A stretch of 62,982 bases of DNA, counting the filler, from Chiloscyllium plagiosum (taxonomy: Eukaryota): NCBI RefSeq assembly GCF_004010195.1. It is 4 parts of one record of this genome, joined end to end, with 100 filler letters (N's around TTAATTAATTAA, not from the genome) between each part and the next. Parts side by side here need not be neighbours in the genome. Positions count along the whole stretch, not along the records: positions 28,355 to 51,426 come from NC_057711.1; positions 51,527 to 62,982 come from NC_057711.1; 2 more parts are not named here. The stretch is one strand, 5' to 3'. Position 1 is the stretch's first letter. Each line of letters starts with the position of its first letter. Made by a program: the position numbers and the translations under genes. Below are positions 50,963 to 62,982 of the stretch, piece by piece. The notes under the pieces are model-generated. The model did no database searches. It saw nothing but the letters and a program-made list of their open reading frames with translations, and was not told where the DNA came from.

Positions 50963-51169
50963 TATGGCAGGGGGGTGGGAACCTGAACTGTATACCGGAG
51001 GTGAGAGTTGATGGAGATGAGGCAATAGCAAGAGGTAGCGCAGCCAGTGGGAAGGAATGTCCTGGGAAAAAACCAAGGGATCGGTTAAAGTGTGTTTGCT
51101 TTAATGCAAGGAGTATCAGGAATAAAAGTGATGAGCTTAGAGCATGGGTCAGTACCTGGTGCTATGATG

Positions 51170-51247
51170 CTGCCTGACCTGCTGCGCTTTTCCAGCAACA
51201 CATTTCCATCTCTGATCTCCAGCATCTGCAGACCTCATTTTCTCTTC
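51170..51247 (+). mobile_element. 78-bp PLE 3'-end insert in CR1 ORF2 with 10-bp TSD
   Basis: tgctatgatg at 51160-51169 and 51248-51257. The insert matches the PLE end at 19452-19540 in reverse. Confidence 0.88.
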
Positions 51248-52199
51248 TGCTATGATGATGTGGCCATAACAGAGACATGGGTTTCTCAGGCGCAAGAATA
51301 GTTGCTGGATGTTCCAGGGTTTAGAGCATTTAAAAAGAACAGGGAGGGGGGAAAAAGAGGAGGGGGTGTAGCACTACTAATCAGAGAGGGTATCACAGCT
51401 ACAGAAGCTTCCATTGTCGAGGAAGANNNNNNNNNNNNNNNNNNNNNNNNNNNNNNNNNNNNNNNNNNNNTTAATTAATTAANNNNNNNNNNNNNNNNNN
51501 NNNNNNNNNNNNNNNNNNNNNNNNNNAGCTGGTTGGATGAAAGTATAGAGGGGATGTCAGAGGCGGGTTCTTTCCACAGAGAGTTGTGAGAGCATGGAAT
51601 GCGTTGCCAGCAGCAGTTGTGGAGGCAGGGTCATTGGGGACATTTAAGAGACTCCTCGACATACACATGGTCACAGAAATTTGAGGGTGCATACATGAGG
51701 ATCACGTCGGCACAACATCGTGGGCTGAAGGGCCTGTTCTGTGCTGTACTGTTCTATGTTCTATGATGCTGGTATTACGCGATTTTCACATAACACGGGA
51801 TTGCATAAGAACAGAACTATTGTGTTATTATAGAACCGACTGTATGATTTAACTGCAAAATAGATGCCCAAGTTCCCAAAACAGTGGTTAGGACAGGCAC
51901 ACTGATTACATTCTGCAATGCGTGCTACACTCCACATTGCTAAATACTGAACAAGATCAGTGTGTGGAGGTTCAAATCGGAAATAGTGAAAGAACTTTGG
52001 GACTTGGATGCTTATTTGAGGTCCTAGTACTAAAACTGAGAAGTCTTAAATGATCCTTGTGCGCTCTAACTGACAGTTTACAAAAAGTACCACTTAAAAA
52101 GGTGAGATTACTGTAAAATATTCATGTAAATGTGGAGGTCAAAATGGAAGTGTTGTAGCTTTCTCTACAGCAGTGCCAAGGAGTTATTTGTTTTACTCA

Positions 52200-53070
52200 G
52201 ACTCAAATGCTGACAGGACAGAGAGGCCTCCTTTGGCTATCTATGTCTGCACTGATCAACAAAGCCCTGAATGTACCAATTCCATTGCCATCTGTAGCCC
52301 ATTGCCCTGGAAGTTATGGCAATGCTACTGAATATCTAATTACCGCTTTAATGTTATGATGGTTTAAAGGACAGTGAGTTCCAGACTCCCACCACACTTT
52401 GAATAAAATCATTTTTCTAAACATTATCTTAGGCTTCTATCTCCTACCTCAAATCTGCACCCCCTGTTTATTGACCCTCTTACTAATGGGTAAAGTGCCT
52501 CACCCTATCTATACCCCTCAATCTTGTACACCTCTATCAAGTCTCCTCTTGACTTCTGCTGCTTTAAGGAAACAAAATCCCCATATATCCAACCTTTCTT
52601 GTTAAGTCAGACTCTCCAGCCCAGGCAGCATCCTGGTGAATCTCCTCTGCACCCTCTCTTGTGTGATCACTTCCTTCCTATAGTGTGATGCCCAGAAGTG
52701 TACACAGTATTTCGAGGCATAATCAGTGTTTTACATTATTCCAGCAGAACGTCCCTGATCGTGCATTTTATGCCTCAGCTGACAAAGACAAGTATCACAC
52801 ATATGCCTCTAAGCACCTTATCCATCTGCATGCTGCCTTCAGGGATGTGTGGATATGTTCACAACAATCCTCAGACTTTCAATACTTGCCAGGGTCCTAC
52901 CACTCAGTACAATCCCCTGACTTGTTAGCCCTCCCTAAGTGCAACACCTCACACTTTTCCACTTTTAATTCCATTTGCCAATGTTTGCCCAGCTGTCCAG
53001 TCTGTTGATATCCTCCAGCAGTTCACGGTTAACTTTCTCATTATTTTCCACCCAACCAATTTGTGTCATC
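52200..53070 (-). mobile_element. CR1 3' region, degenerate
   Basis: cccaggcagcatcctggtgaatctcctctgcaccc and ttccatttgcca (reverse of WQMEL). Confidence 0.8.
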
Positions 53071-54937
53071 CACAAACCTCTTGATCGTTCTAAATTAACT
53101 CTTCCTCATCATCTCTCTTCCTTTTCTGATAACACTCCCCAAACTGTTCACTTAGCCCTCTCTCAATCTCCCCAATGTCTTTATCATTCCCGTGTCCTAC
53201 CTTTCAGGCCACTGTCAACAATGCAGCAGACCAAACACCATCACTGGTTCTTTGTTGAGCTGCTTGGTTGTGTTTCGTAGTTCACCTCGTCTGATTTAAA
53301 TGAAACCAAAGGCCCCTTTATCAGGTTGACTTTGGGATGACTTATTCCAGTGCTGGGATTGCTGCCTGTGGCCAGTTCCGAATGGTTCATAGCCACCTCT
53401 ATTCAACAGGGCCAAACAGTGCTAAAACCTTGGTCATTAAACACCATCCACTCCAGAATGCAACGGGCAATCAGATAGTGTGGGATTAGTGTAAAACACA
53501 CAATGGTGAACCTGACACGCATTTCACATTAAATCAGAAATCAAAGGTTATCTAAAGTCAGAATTTACTTCACTAAGTTTAGTTTATCTTACTCCAAGCA
53601 TTATGGGGTAAAAAAAAAACACGCAAGCTTCAGTTCTAGTTCAAAGTTATTTAAACTGCAAACCCAAACTATAATCTAATCTGCCACAGATACCATACAA
53701 CCACCAACATTAATCTTTTAAATACAAATGTATCTGACATAGTAGGCCATGGCGATTGTGCATGAATGCCTGCTTCAGAAATAAATAATTCAGATTAAGG
53801 CCAAGAGAAATTTAGGAATTTGTATAATCAACTGAGATGTTTCCAATATCAAGAATTTTTTTCCCCTCTTTCTCTTTAGTTCCAGCCCAATATTCCTCTT
53901 GCCAATTAAAAAAAAGACAATAGAGCAATGTCTGACACTGAGCACTGTAGTTTAGAATCACATTTTCTGTCATGTCCATAAAACTGATTGTCAGTTATAA
54001 ACAACAATCATTGCATTAGCTTTCTCACATTTCAGAGACTGAAAAATTAAACATTGTATTCATTTGATATCAGTTAGTAGCAAGGTCCCTTGATATACAA
54101 TAGACATAGCAGATGAAATATAGAATTCTAAACATGCAATTTTACATTATCCTACTGTATTAATTGGACTTGTAGTTCACAGATGACAAACTGACTTATT
54201 CTTTTACATTGCAATGACTCTTTCCTGTCTTCAAAGCATCAGTTTATACTGACCATCTAGCAACTTTCAAAATAAATCCAATAAAAAAATGTTAAAGTTA
54301 TTCAGTTTCTGAAATTTTAAAGTGCTGATAATTTTCTTTCTCAAGCTGAACAGGAATGTCAGAGAATATCCTCCATCAAGGAAAATTTACAATGCACACA
54401 AAGTGCAGGTCGATAATCCCTGAAATATAGCCAATGATTTTATTTGATTTACATGATGTGGCTGAAAAAAGTACTTTGTTATACAGGAAATATTCAAGTG
54501 TGATTTTGGCCAATTCTTACATAAAAGCAACAATTAAATCTTGGCTCCAATAAGGAAATTGTTCCAATTAAAATCGCCATCACTGTTGGATCATATTTTA
54601 TCATAAAGACTCCAGTCTCCAGTTGCATGTTTGCATGCAAGCTTAACATTTGTGCTTCATTTATCATTAATAATACTAAATCAGAATAGTGTTGCTTGGC
54701 ATTTTGCCAAAAATAAAAAAGGGCGAAGATTGCCTTTGCACATTTAAATGTAACAAACCTGTTCTTCATAAATGCATTTATGATTTGGCTGTACCCTAGT
54801 ATACATCATAAATCTTCATCCTGTTTTTCAAATATTTTGTATGCTATAGAACAGCAACATCACAAACTTAAAATTCAAAAGTAAATCTACACCATGCATC
54901 TGTTAAGTGCTCAACATGTTCACATAGTCATGCTTAC

Positions 54938-54981
54938 CAACAGTGTCACAGGGTTCATCTTTTTGTACACAAAAATCCTTC
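54938..54981 (-). CDS. ADAMTS19: ADAMTS19 next exon, 44 nt
   Basis: Minus strand reads tttttttag|GAAGGATTTTTGTGTACAAAAAGATGAACCCTGTGACACTGTTG|gtaagc, giving (R)KDFCVQKDEPCDTV(G). It splices in frame with the 158-nt exon (AG+G = Arg) and matches the ADAMTS17/19 motif RKDFCVHKDEPCDTVG. Confidence 0.95.
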
Positions 54982-55770
54982 CTAAAAAAAGGACAAAGTC
55001 ACAAAATATATTTTTGAAAAGCTATCAGAGAAAAGTATCAATAACTGCTTCAAGATTAATTTATATTCTAATCATTACAATCTAACACACTATCAGTTAC
55101 TCACCAATGTAACAGTGTTCAAGTCCTCATCAAGAAAGTTGTTGTTACATGATAAATACATTCATGGGAAAGGCTATTGATCAATCAGCCTCTTAACACC
55201 TTTCTGCTATTCTCGTTATTTTCATAATCAACTTGCTTACATACCATTGCTCCACAAGAGCCCTCTTTCTGCCATTCTATTACACCATGGCTTATCTATA
55301 ACTTAACTCAACTTTCCATCAATAATCTTCCATAGATTCAGCACCCATAGACATTTAGGAGGAGTGTTCCAGATTCCCATTTATCTTTGTCTGTAAGAAT
55401 TCTAAGTGGCCTAGCTCAAATTTGCTGATTACAGCAGCGAGTCCTGTAAACCCCAATTGAACAGCATGAAAATCACAGATTAGTTTTGGAAGATTAGGTA
55501 ACAAACACAATATAAGTCTGTGTATATATCTGAAGCTCAAAAAAGTTATTTCGGCAAGTATTTATTTTGTCCAACAGCACAAAAGTGTAAAGCGCAGAAA
55601 GAGCTATTTTAGTTAGTTATTTCTGCCAGTTCTTTCTGACAGTATTATGACATTGCTTTTACCTCAAACTTGTATCATCAATTGTTTCACAGGCTTCTCC
55701 ATTTTTCCTGTAAAGATACATTGCTGTTTTCTTACACACTCCCCATACCAATGCATTCCACATTCTAATA

Positions 55771-55897
55771 ACATAGAACATAGAACATAGAAGAATACAG
55801 CGCAGTACAGGCCCTTGGGCCCTCGATGTTGCGCCGATCCAAGCCCACCTACAACAGAAGTGAGACTCACCGGCCTATAGTTACTATAGTTACTATC
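55771..55897 (-). mobile_element. Mini CR1-derived chimera, copy 2
   Basis: Same two-part structure as 1235-1361, but 10 nt shorter at the junction. Confidence 0.8.
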
Positions 55898-57199
55898 TCT
55901 TGAAGTGAAGAGATATTTCTAGACCTCCACTCCTTTGTCTCCCAGACCTCACTCTTACTGTCACAGATTCCTAAACTAGACAAAATACTCATTCACTAGC
56001 CTGTTAAAATTCTTCATAACTTTAAAACCCTTCATTTAGTTTTCCCTTAGCGTTCTCTGCTCCAGCAAAATTTGTCCTGTATTTCTCAGTCTGTTCTTAA
56101 ATGTTCTATAACTGGTGCTATTCTGATGAATCTACACTGTACACACTTTGTGCTTTAATGTCCTTTCTAAAAAGAGACATTCACAACTGTGCACAGCCCA
56201 TTAACTGTTGTCTAAACATTGACTTCCAAAAATTTACTAACTCAACCTCAAGTTTCTTATGGCTTTATGAAGTTGAAAATAGTCTGGATCAAGTTATTCG
56301 GCTGAAATTATTTGGCCCTAGCCACAACCTCAGCTGGAATTTTGAACAGCTCCAGGAGTAGGGATGGAAGGGGAGGCTCATATAGTGCCAAGCCCGGCCA
56401 GTGATATTTTACCAACAGTAGGGGATATTGTGGGCCCCCAGGCTACCCTTCCACTGGTAGTGATCATGGTCAGACAAGGTCTCTTCCTGCTGGTTACTTT
56501 ATCACCTGGAATGGCTGACCACAAGCACCTGGTTCAGGGAGAGGGAAGGATAGGTACGTCTGTCCTGATTGGGCATCTTGTGGTTCATGGGATGCCCTTC
56601 CAGTAGCATGGGTTGCCCTTTTGAGAAGGCCTCTCCAACAACCATCCTCACAGCAACTCTCAAAATACATGTGTACTGCATTCCCTTTACCTTTCAAGTC
56701 CATTCTAGCAAAAATCTCTTAGCAACTTTGTTAGCTTCCACTCACATTTAACTGGAACCTCTTAATTAACATAGGCAAATTAAAATATTGACCAAATTGG
56801 GCTTAACTTGGCATCTAAATTTAAATTTTAAAAAGGCATTTGCAAAAATACTGGACACAATTGTGGTGCAGAGGTTGAGTCCCTACCCGTGGACCAGGAA
56901 CCCCAGGTTCAAGTCTCACCTGCTCAAGAAATGTTAATAACATCCCTGAGTAAGTTGATTAGTAAAAATTTTTAAAAAATAAATTTACTTTTTATGCTGC
57001 TGACAGGATAAAAAGATTGAAGAATTCATATCCATGAAATAATTAAAATACCTTACTGATTCAAGTAAACTGCAGAATGTTATAATCTAATAATTAACCC
57101 AAGTAACTGAAAGGCAAAATTCAAAGGTGAAAAAGTAGAAACATTCTTTCAGTTATAACAATTAATGACAAAGTTTTCCTGTGAATTGTAACCAAGTTC

Positions 57200-58330
57200 A
57201 CAACAATGATTGATAATGGAGAACATGGAAGGGAGGAGAGTGAGGATATTCTGCAGGAGTCAAAGAGAGAATCTATCCAGTTTCTTAACTCAGACATTTG
57301 AGGCACCATTGAATACAGCACAATCTGGTGCAAAAGAAACAGAGGACGGAATTTACAGGAAAATTACAGAGAGATGCAGAAGTTATAAGTTGGTGATAGT
57401 GGGAGAGTCCAGTGATTCTGACAGATTGCATTGAAGTAGTGAAAAGGGCAGAGACAGAAGTGTTTCTGAATCTTCAGGAGAAACATCATGATCAGTATGT
57501 TTGCAACACATCAGGAATAATGCTGGAACTGCTTCTAGGGGATGAGATGCAACAAATGTTACTTGGGAAACATTTAATGAACAGTGATCACAACATTGAA
57601 GGGTTTAGGGTAGCTATGGAGGACAAGGAGCAATCTAGACAGAAATATCAAATTGGAGGAGTGCCAATTTCAAAGAGATTCAAAGAAATTTCACGTGTTT
57701 GTCCCAGAAAATGTAGAGTGAGAGATTGACAAACACAACTCTATGGAAATAGTGAATCGTCTTTCAGGGGGGAATTGTTCAACCCCATTGAAATACATTC
57801 TCACAAAGAGCAAAAAGCTGGGCAATCAAAACCAGAACTCGCTGAATAATAACCAGAGAGACAGTTGAATTAAGAGATTAAGAGATAAAACATTGTGTAT
57901 GGCAGATATCATATTGATAACATAGTGAGAACCTAGTTGAATATAAAAGTGCAGAAAAGAAATAAGTAAGGCAAAGAAAGAGTATAAGGTTTGTAGCTAA
58001 CATAAAAGGGAATCCAAAAGTCTTCTTTAAGCATATAAACAGTAAAATTAGAGCTAATGAGGGACCACAAAGGTTATCTATGCATGGAGGCAGACCCATT
58101 GCAGAGACATTAAACTTTGCATCTACCTTTATGAAGAAAAATCATGTTGCCAAAGTCATCCTGCGAGAGGAGGTTGGTGTCTTGGATAAAAATTAATTTA
58201 AGAAAGAGACATTAGAAAGGCTGGCTCAACTAAGAGTTGATAAGCCGCCACCACTGGATAGGATAGGTCTGAAGATGCTGAGAGAAAGCAGATGAAAATT
58301 GTGAAAGTATTGCTATTATCTTCTACTAAT
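57200..58330 (+). mobile_element. Old CR1 ORF2 (endonuclease-to-RT linker) remnant
   Basis: LGKHLMNSDHNI, NIKGNPKVFFKHINSK and a decayed VDK.P..D. Confidence 0.75.
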
Positions 58331-58844
58331 CCATGAAGTAAAATTTAACAGCACAGCTGGACTCAAAACTCTTGAAACATGTATATTCACGCATTTTTCT
58401 CAACACATATTTAGGTGGCTGGATATGAGGCATCTCTGAAGTCACGTATTGGTAATCAGTACTACCTAAAAGGAGGTACACATAGACTTCAGATTGGGAA
58501 AATACTCATCGATATAGAAATGGCTGCAACAACCAATGAGATAGCTTTCCTGATGCTGCCTTGGAGACCCACAAATTCATCACATCCCGGTTCTAAAACC
58601 AAGTCCACAGCACCTACCCCCTCCTTATGGAGGCTGCCATGGTTTCATAGTTACAAGCCCTCCAGCTGACCCAATAGCATCTATACCCCTCTTATCATCC
58701 TTAACAGGGCACAAATTTGGAATTAGACTGTGAGGGGACTGCCTCCAAGAACATAAATGCCAGTCTGATTCCTGGAAAATGCAGGATCAGGAAAGCCCTA
58801 ACATCAGATCTGAAGCCTGTGGTAAAATCCTGTCTGGTTTCTTC

Positions 58845-59570
58845 AGTTCCTCCTCCACATTTTGTCCTTAACTACTGACTCCATCCCTCTCCCAGGTGAC
58901 TGAGATTAAACGGATTGTTTGCAAACTTGATGTTCTACGTAGCATTAAGGTGAGCCCACCCACACATGTTTCATCACTAATTTGCCTACTTCCACCACAA
59001 TAACATTACCTGACTTCACCTTGATCAAGCCCATAACATTCTTATTCATATTTATGTTACTTTTAAATTTGATAGTCCACCATACCCCACACTGATCTCC
59101 CATATTTCTCCAGCATAAACCGGAAGTCATTCAAAATTCGATTGATGAGGTCCTTCCTCACGCCAAGTCCCATATTATCCCCATGCTTGACCTCCTGGTC
59201 AAACAACAAGTTGATTTAAAATTATCATTGATTTTACAAATCCTTCATCTCAAGCCTATCCATTCCTCTAACCTCCTTCAGCCCAACAACTGCTGAGACC
59301 TCTGCACTTATCTTATTCTGGCCATTTGAGTTTCTCTGATTTTAACTGCTCAGACATTGGCAACTGCTCCTTCAGTTGTCCAAGACCAAAGATCCACAAC
59401 TCCCTTTCTAAACCACTCCCCTCTGCAGCTTTTTTATATGATGCATCAGAACAATGTTGACCATTCTTTTCATCATCTTCTTACGTGGCTTAATGTCTAA
59501 TTAAGTTTCCTAACACTCCTGTGAGATACCTAGTCATGTCTGACTACTTTAAAGACACTGTATAAACATT
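58845..59570 (+). mobile_element. L2-like LINE 3' end
   Basis: actgactccatccctctccc, gcctacttccacc and aactccctttctaaacc, with an L2-type tail (gtgagatacctag...ttaaagacactgtataaa). Confidence 0.65.
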
Positions 59571-59688
59571 TTGCCACAATTAGGCTTTCACTTCTTTTTG
59601 AACAATTTTAAGAGAATCTCTTTCGAGGTGATCTATTCAAAAGTTACACAAAGTGCCAAGTTAAAACTAAAGTAACTGATGTTCTCAC

Positions 59689-59846
59689 CTTGTTATCAGG
59701 ATGGCTGCATCAACAGCGGGTAAATCTTCCCTCCAACTGGGAGATATATCACTATGGAAATAATTCTTCCTTCCAAATTCTTCATGTTGCCATTTGCAAA
59801 AACTTTCCAGCATCTTTTCCCCATGGTGGCCTATATAAAGGTCTTC
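59689..59846 (-). CDS. ADAMTS19: ADAMTS19 internal exon (metalloprotease domain), 158 nt
   Basis: Minus strand reads cgtag|GAAGAC...ACAAG|gtgag and translates EDLYIGHHGEKMLESFCKWQHEEFGRKNYFHSDISPSWREDLPAVDAAILIT(R). This matches the ADAMTS19 segment LYIGHHGEKMLESFCKWQHEEFG...VDAAILITR as I recall it. Splice sites are canonical AG/GT and the exon ends in phase 2. Confidence 0.95.
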
Positions 59847-60247
59847 CTACGAGGTAATTAAAATGATTAATTCTAATTGCATATCTTAAATGAGATCTTT
59901 AGTACTTGAGGTAATTAAGTGGAACATTTATCTTTAGTGATGCAATAAATCCATTTTGATTAAGACAAGATGCTCCTATAATTTTTGAATCAGTCTGCTC
60001 CACTTCACACTCTAATGAGCATTCCACTGATAAAAAATTTCACAACCAAACCTGCTAAACACTAGCGATGAAATCTGTACCTATTGCAATATTTTTTAAA
60101 ATCCATACCCCAAAACATTCAATCCTTCCCATGTCATCCTCCTCAAGAAATGCACATTCTATTCCTTTCACGTCATTCCTGATTCTATCCCTACCATGTC
60201 CTGTCATCTTTATGCCCTAATCAGTACTTCCCAGGTAGTCACACCCA

Positions 60248-60322
60248 TCATAGAACATAGAACATAGAACATAGAAGAATACAGCGCAGTACAGGCCCAT
60301 AGAACATAGAACATAGAACATA
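60248..60322 (-). repeat. CR1 tail scrap bracketed by (catagaa)n on both sides
   Basis: (catagaa)3-gaatacagcgcagtacaggcc-(catagaa)3. The tail is the same as that of the mini chimera. Confidence 0.8.
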
Positions 60323-60509
60323 CCCTATTACTGTCACTCATCTCCTGAATCACCTTCCCAATCCTTTCTTCATGTCACCAAATACCCCCATTCTGTCCTA
60401 CCCTAAACTCCCATCCTTGCCTCAGTAATAGCAATGTCTATATCACTGGTATTAAATTCTCAGAGCTCACACACTATGCATTAGCCTGTTAGGTGGCTGG
60501 ATATTAAGA

Positions 60510-61420
60510 GCATAAGACCATAAGCAATAGGAATAGGAATAGGAACAGACCATTCCGCCCTGAAGTCTACTCTGCCATTCAACAGGATCATGGCTGATTC
60601 AACATTCCTTACATCCACTATCCTGCATTTTCTCCGTAACTCTTGATTTCCCTCATGATCAAGAATCTCAGCTGTAATTATACACAAGGACTTTGCCCCA
60701 GTCTGTGGCAAGGAGTTCCAAAGACTCACAACCCTCAGAGAGGAAATTCCTCCTCATCTCACTCTTAAAATGGTACCTCTTTATTCTGAGACTGTGTCCC
60801 CTGGTCCAAAACTAGTCCCACTTGCCTGCTCCTGCCCCATATCCCTCCAAACCTTTTTTATTCACGTATATGTCCAAATGTCTTTTAAATATTGTAATAT
60901 GTTTCAATGAGATCACTCCTCACTCTTCTCAACCCCCATGAGTAGAGTCCCAATATGTTTAACCTTTGCTTATAAAACAATCCCTCCATACCAGGGATCA
61001 TCTTTCTCTGAACTGCCTCCAATGAAAAGATATCTTTCCTTAAATCAGGGACCAAAACTGCTCACAGTACTCTAGATGTGATCTCCCCAGCACCATGTAT
61101 AATTGCAGTAAGACTTACCTTCTCTTATACTCCCTTTTTGAAATAGAGGCCAACATTCCAAAAGACTCTAATTACCTGCTGCTCCTGTGTGCTAGCTTTC
61201 TGTGTTTTGTGTGGAAGTGCCCCCAAGCCTCTTTCTGCAGTTATTTCGTTTTTCTTTCCAAAATGAATTATTTCACATTTTCCCACATAAACTCCATATG
61301 CCAGCTTTTTGCCTATTGACATAACGTATCTATATCTCTCTGTAATCTGTTTGTATCTGTCTTGCAACTTGCCTTTCCACCTATTTGTGTTGCCTGCAAA
61401 TTTGAACAGTATATTGTGAA
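60510..61420 (-). mobile_element. CR1 3' region, degenerate
   Basis: Reverse cataagaccataag tail, LWNSLPQ and VGKCEIIHFGKKN. Confidence 0.8.
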
Positions 61421-61606
61421 CAGTTATGGTCCCAGCATGGAGGGTTTCTAATGCCTTCCTCCTAATGGGGAGCTGCACACATTGTGCACAAGGAAAATAT
61501 TCATCATAAAGAAATTGCTGCAACAAGCACTGAGTGAGAACCAACCAACACGAAATCTTGTTCCAAGATTAAAATACAACATGGAAATAGGCAGTATCAT
61601 GACTGT

Positions 61607-61916
61607 TCATAGAATCCCCACAGTGTGGAAGCAGACCATTCAGCCCATCAAATCCACACCAACCCTCTGAACAGCATCTGACCCAACCCATCCCCCTACC
61701 CTATTTCTGTAAGCCTGCATTTCCCATAGCCAATCCACCTAGCCTGAACATATCCCGAGATACTATGGGCAATTTTGCATGACCTATGTGAGGAAACCCA
61801 CACAGATACAGGATAATGTGCAAACTCCACATTGACAGTCATCCAAGGGTAGAGTCAAACCCAGGTCCCTGGCGCTGTGAGGCAGCAGTGCTAGCCACTG
61901 AGCCACCGTGCCGCCC
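61607..61916 (-). mobile_element. HE1-type V-SINE
   Basis: Reverse complement head ...ccactgagccaccgtgccgccc. Confidence 0.85.
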
Positions 61917-62779
61917 TGTTCAGTGACAGCACAGATTTTTAATGTAGTTATTTTTAAATATAAAAAAGTTTGCACTTCAACACTTAAATATTACTAAGGA
62001 AATTCTAAACCACTTCCAAGTGCAATCTACTATATTCAGAGGCAAAAAGTAAAGTTTAGCATTATTGGATGAACAGTGAAATATTTAACTACATATTTCT
62101 GGCATGCTTGAGTTCTCTTGGTGCTGTTTATTTTTCCAGGAGTGTGGGGCATGAATGGCCAAAAAGTCGATTAGTATTAAACAAGGCAGCCTCATCCTCC
62201 CAGTCACCTAGAAGAAAACTCAACTATCCAAAGCTTCCCAGAGGAAGCTAACTAAACACTGAAAGTTGTTGCCCTAATATCCTATTATCCAGGTTGGTGG
62301 GGGAGGTGGGGCGTTACATAATGACATCTATGGAATGCAATCAGAGTGGGTTATACACTATAAACCTGATATTCCACAGTTGGCAAAGTTAGCTTCTGGG
62401 GCACGAGTTTCATATGTGCCACACAGCTTCTAATGCTGCCCAGTCCGAGCTAGTTTTCTGAAGGCTAGTTGGTACTACTAGCTATTATCTGCCTTGTTAG
62501 GGAATATGGGTATAGCAAAGTGCATCCTCTATGTGGGCCCCAAACATGATGATTTAACACTATCCTGATGTCACATGACATGACTGGCAAACCTAAAGCC
62601 AGGATTGGAAAATTCCTGCGTTGCTCAATGATCGAAAAATTAACCATTGCTTATGCGATATCCTTATTAAAGGGCCAGACAACCTATTAGGTCCATACAA
62701 ACATAGGAAGAAGTACAGGAGCTACAGTATCTGGTCTCTGCATTTAAAATTTTAGCTCATTGACATAGCAGAAACACAC

Positions 62780-62982
62780 TGGATTAGAGTGGTGCTGGAA
62801 AAACACAGCAGGTCAGGCAGCATCCAAAGAGCAGGAAAATCGATGTTTCGGGCAAAAGCCCTTCATCAGGAATACAGACAGGAAGCCTGCAGAGTGGAGA
62901 GATAAATGAGAGGAGGATGGGGGTGGGGAGAAAGTAGCATAGAGTACAATAGGTGAATGGGGGTGGGGATGAAGGTGATAGG
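62780..62982 (-). mobile_element. Penelope-like element 3' end with hammerhead core (runs off window)
   Basis: Minus strand CUGAUGA-a-GGGC-uuuu-GCCC-GAAA-cAUC. Same family as 27262-27523. Confidence 0.82.

Larger units (their letters stand above)
49650..51765 (+). mobile_element. Probably full-length CR1 LINE (5' UTR, ORF1, ORF2 start, gap, 3' tail)
   Basis: ORF2 APE start LKCVCFNARSIRNK...CYDDVAITETW before the gap. FFPQRVVRAWNALP and a (ttctatg)n tail follow the gap. Confidence 0.9.
49510..51842. mobile_element. pogo/Tigger-like MITE split by the CR1 insertion (halves 49510-~49648 and ~51766-51842)
   Basis: TA|CAGGGCGTTCTGCTTTAACA ... TGTTATTATAGAACCGACTG|TA: imperfect TIRs starting CAG, with TA flanks. 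Confidence 0.7.
1..54937 (-). other. ADAMTS19: Large ADAMTS19 intron (at least 54.9 kb, runs off the window start)
   Basis: Donor gtaagc begins at 54937. I could not find the expected next exon (GIAYL..MC....KC.IAEDNGLNLAFTIAHEMGHN) by eye in 1-54937, although it could lie in an N-gap. Confidence 0.75.

Noticed and set aside
55098..55175. Minus-strand donor ttg|gtgagt just upstream of the 44-nt exon as an alternative exon
   Set aside because: There is no good acceptor and no ADAMTS-like reading frame.
1..62982. CRISPR array, prokaryotic operon or endogenous virus
   Set aside because: No regularly spaced repeat-spacer array and no long non-transposon ORF is visible. The dispersed repeats are explained by vertebrate retroelements.

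Overview
Eukaryotic, repeat-dense genomic DNA from a shark (elasmobranch). The assignment rests on HE1-type V-SINEs, HER1/CR1 LINEs and shark-type Penelope-like elements (PLEs). The only host coding sequence I can support is two minus-strand exons of ADAMTS19 (59689-59846 and 54938-54981), both missed by the ORF track. Everything from 1 to 54937 appears to be one intron of at least 54.9 kb. That intron holds CR1 fragments, including one probably full-length copy with a zinc-finger/leucine-zipper/SGNH-esterase ORF1. It also holds PLEs with GIY-YIG remnants and minimal hammerhead-ribozyme motifs, tRNA-derived SINEs, L2 and RTE remnants, an LTR remnant, a pogo/Tigger-like MITE and a Harbinger Myb remnant. 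There are five N-gaps, three of which carry a TTAATTAATTAA linker. Most ORF-track entries are repeat fragments or noise. The best leads are: (1) a ~125-bp CR1 chimera (RT-motif segment joined to the 3' tail) found twice, 54 kb apart; (2) a 47-nt covarying hairpin plus G-tract element conserved in two divergent CR1 5' UTRs, which folds better on the antisense strand; (3) a PLE/CR1 chimeric foldback with ~119-bp arms; (4) TSD-bounded foldback mini-PLEs carrying hammerhead cores. I found no novel protein-coding system. All family names come from recognition, not database searches.
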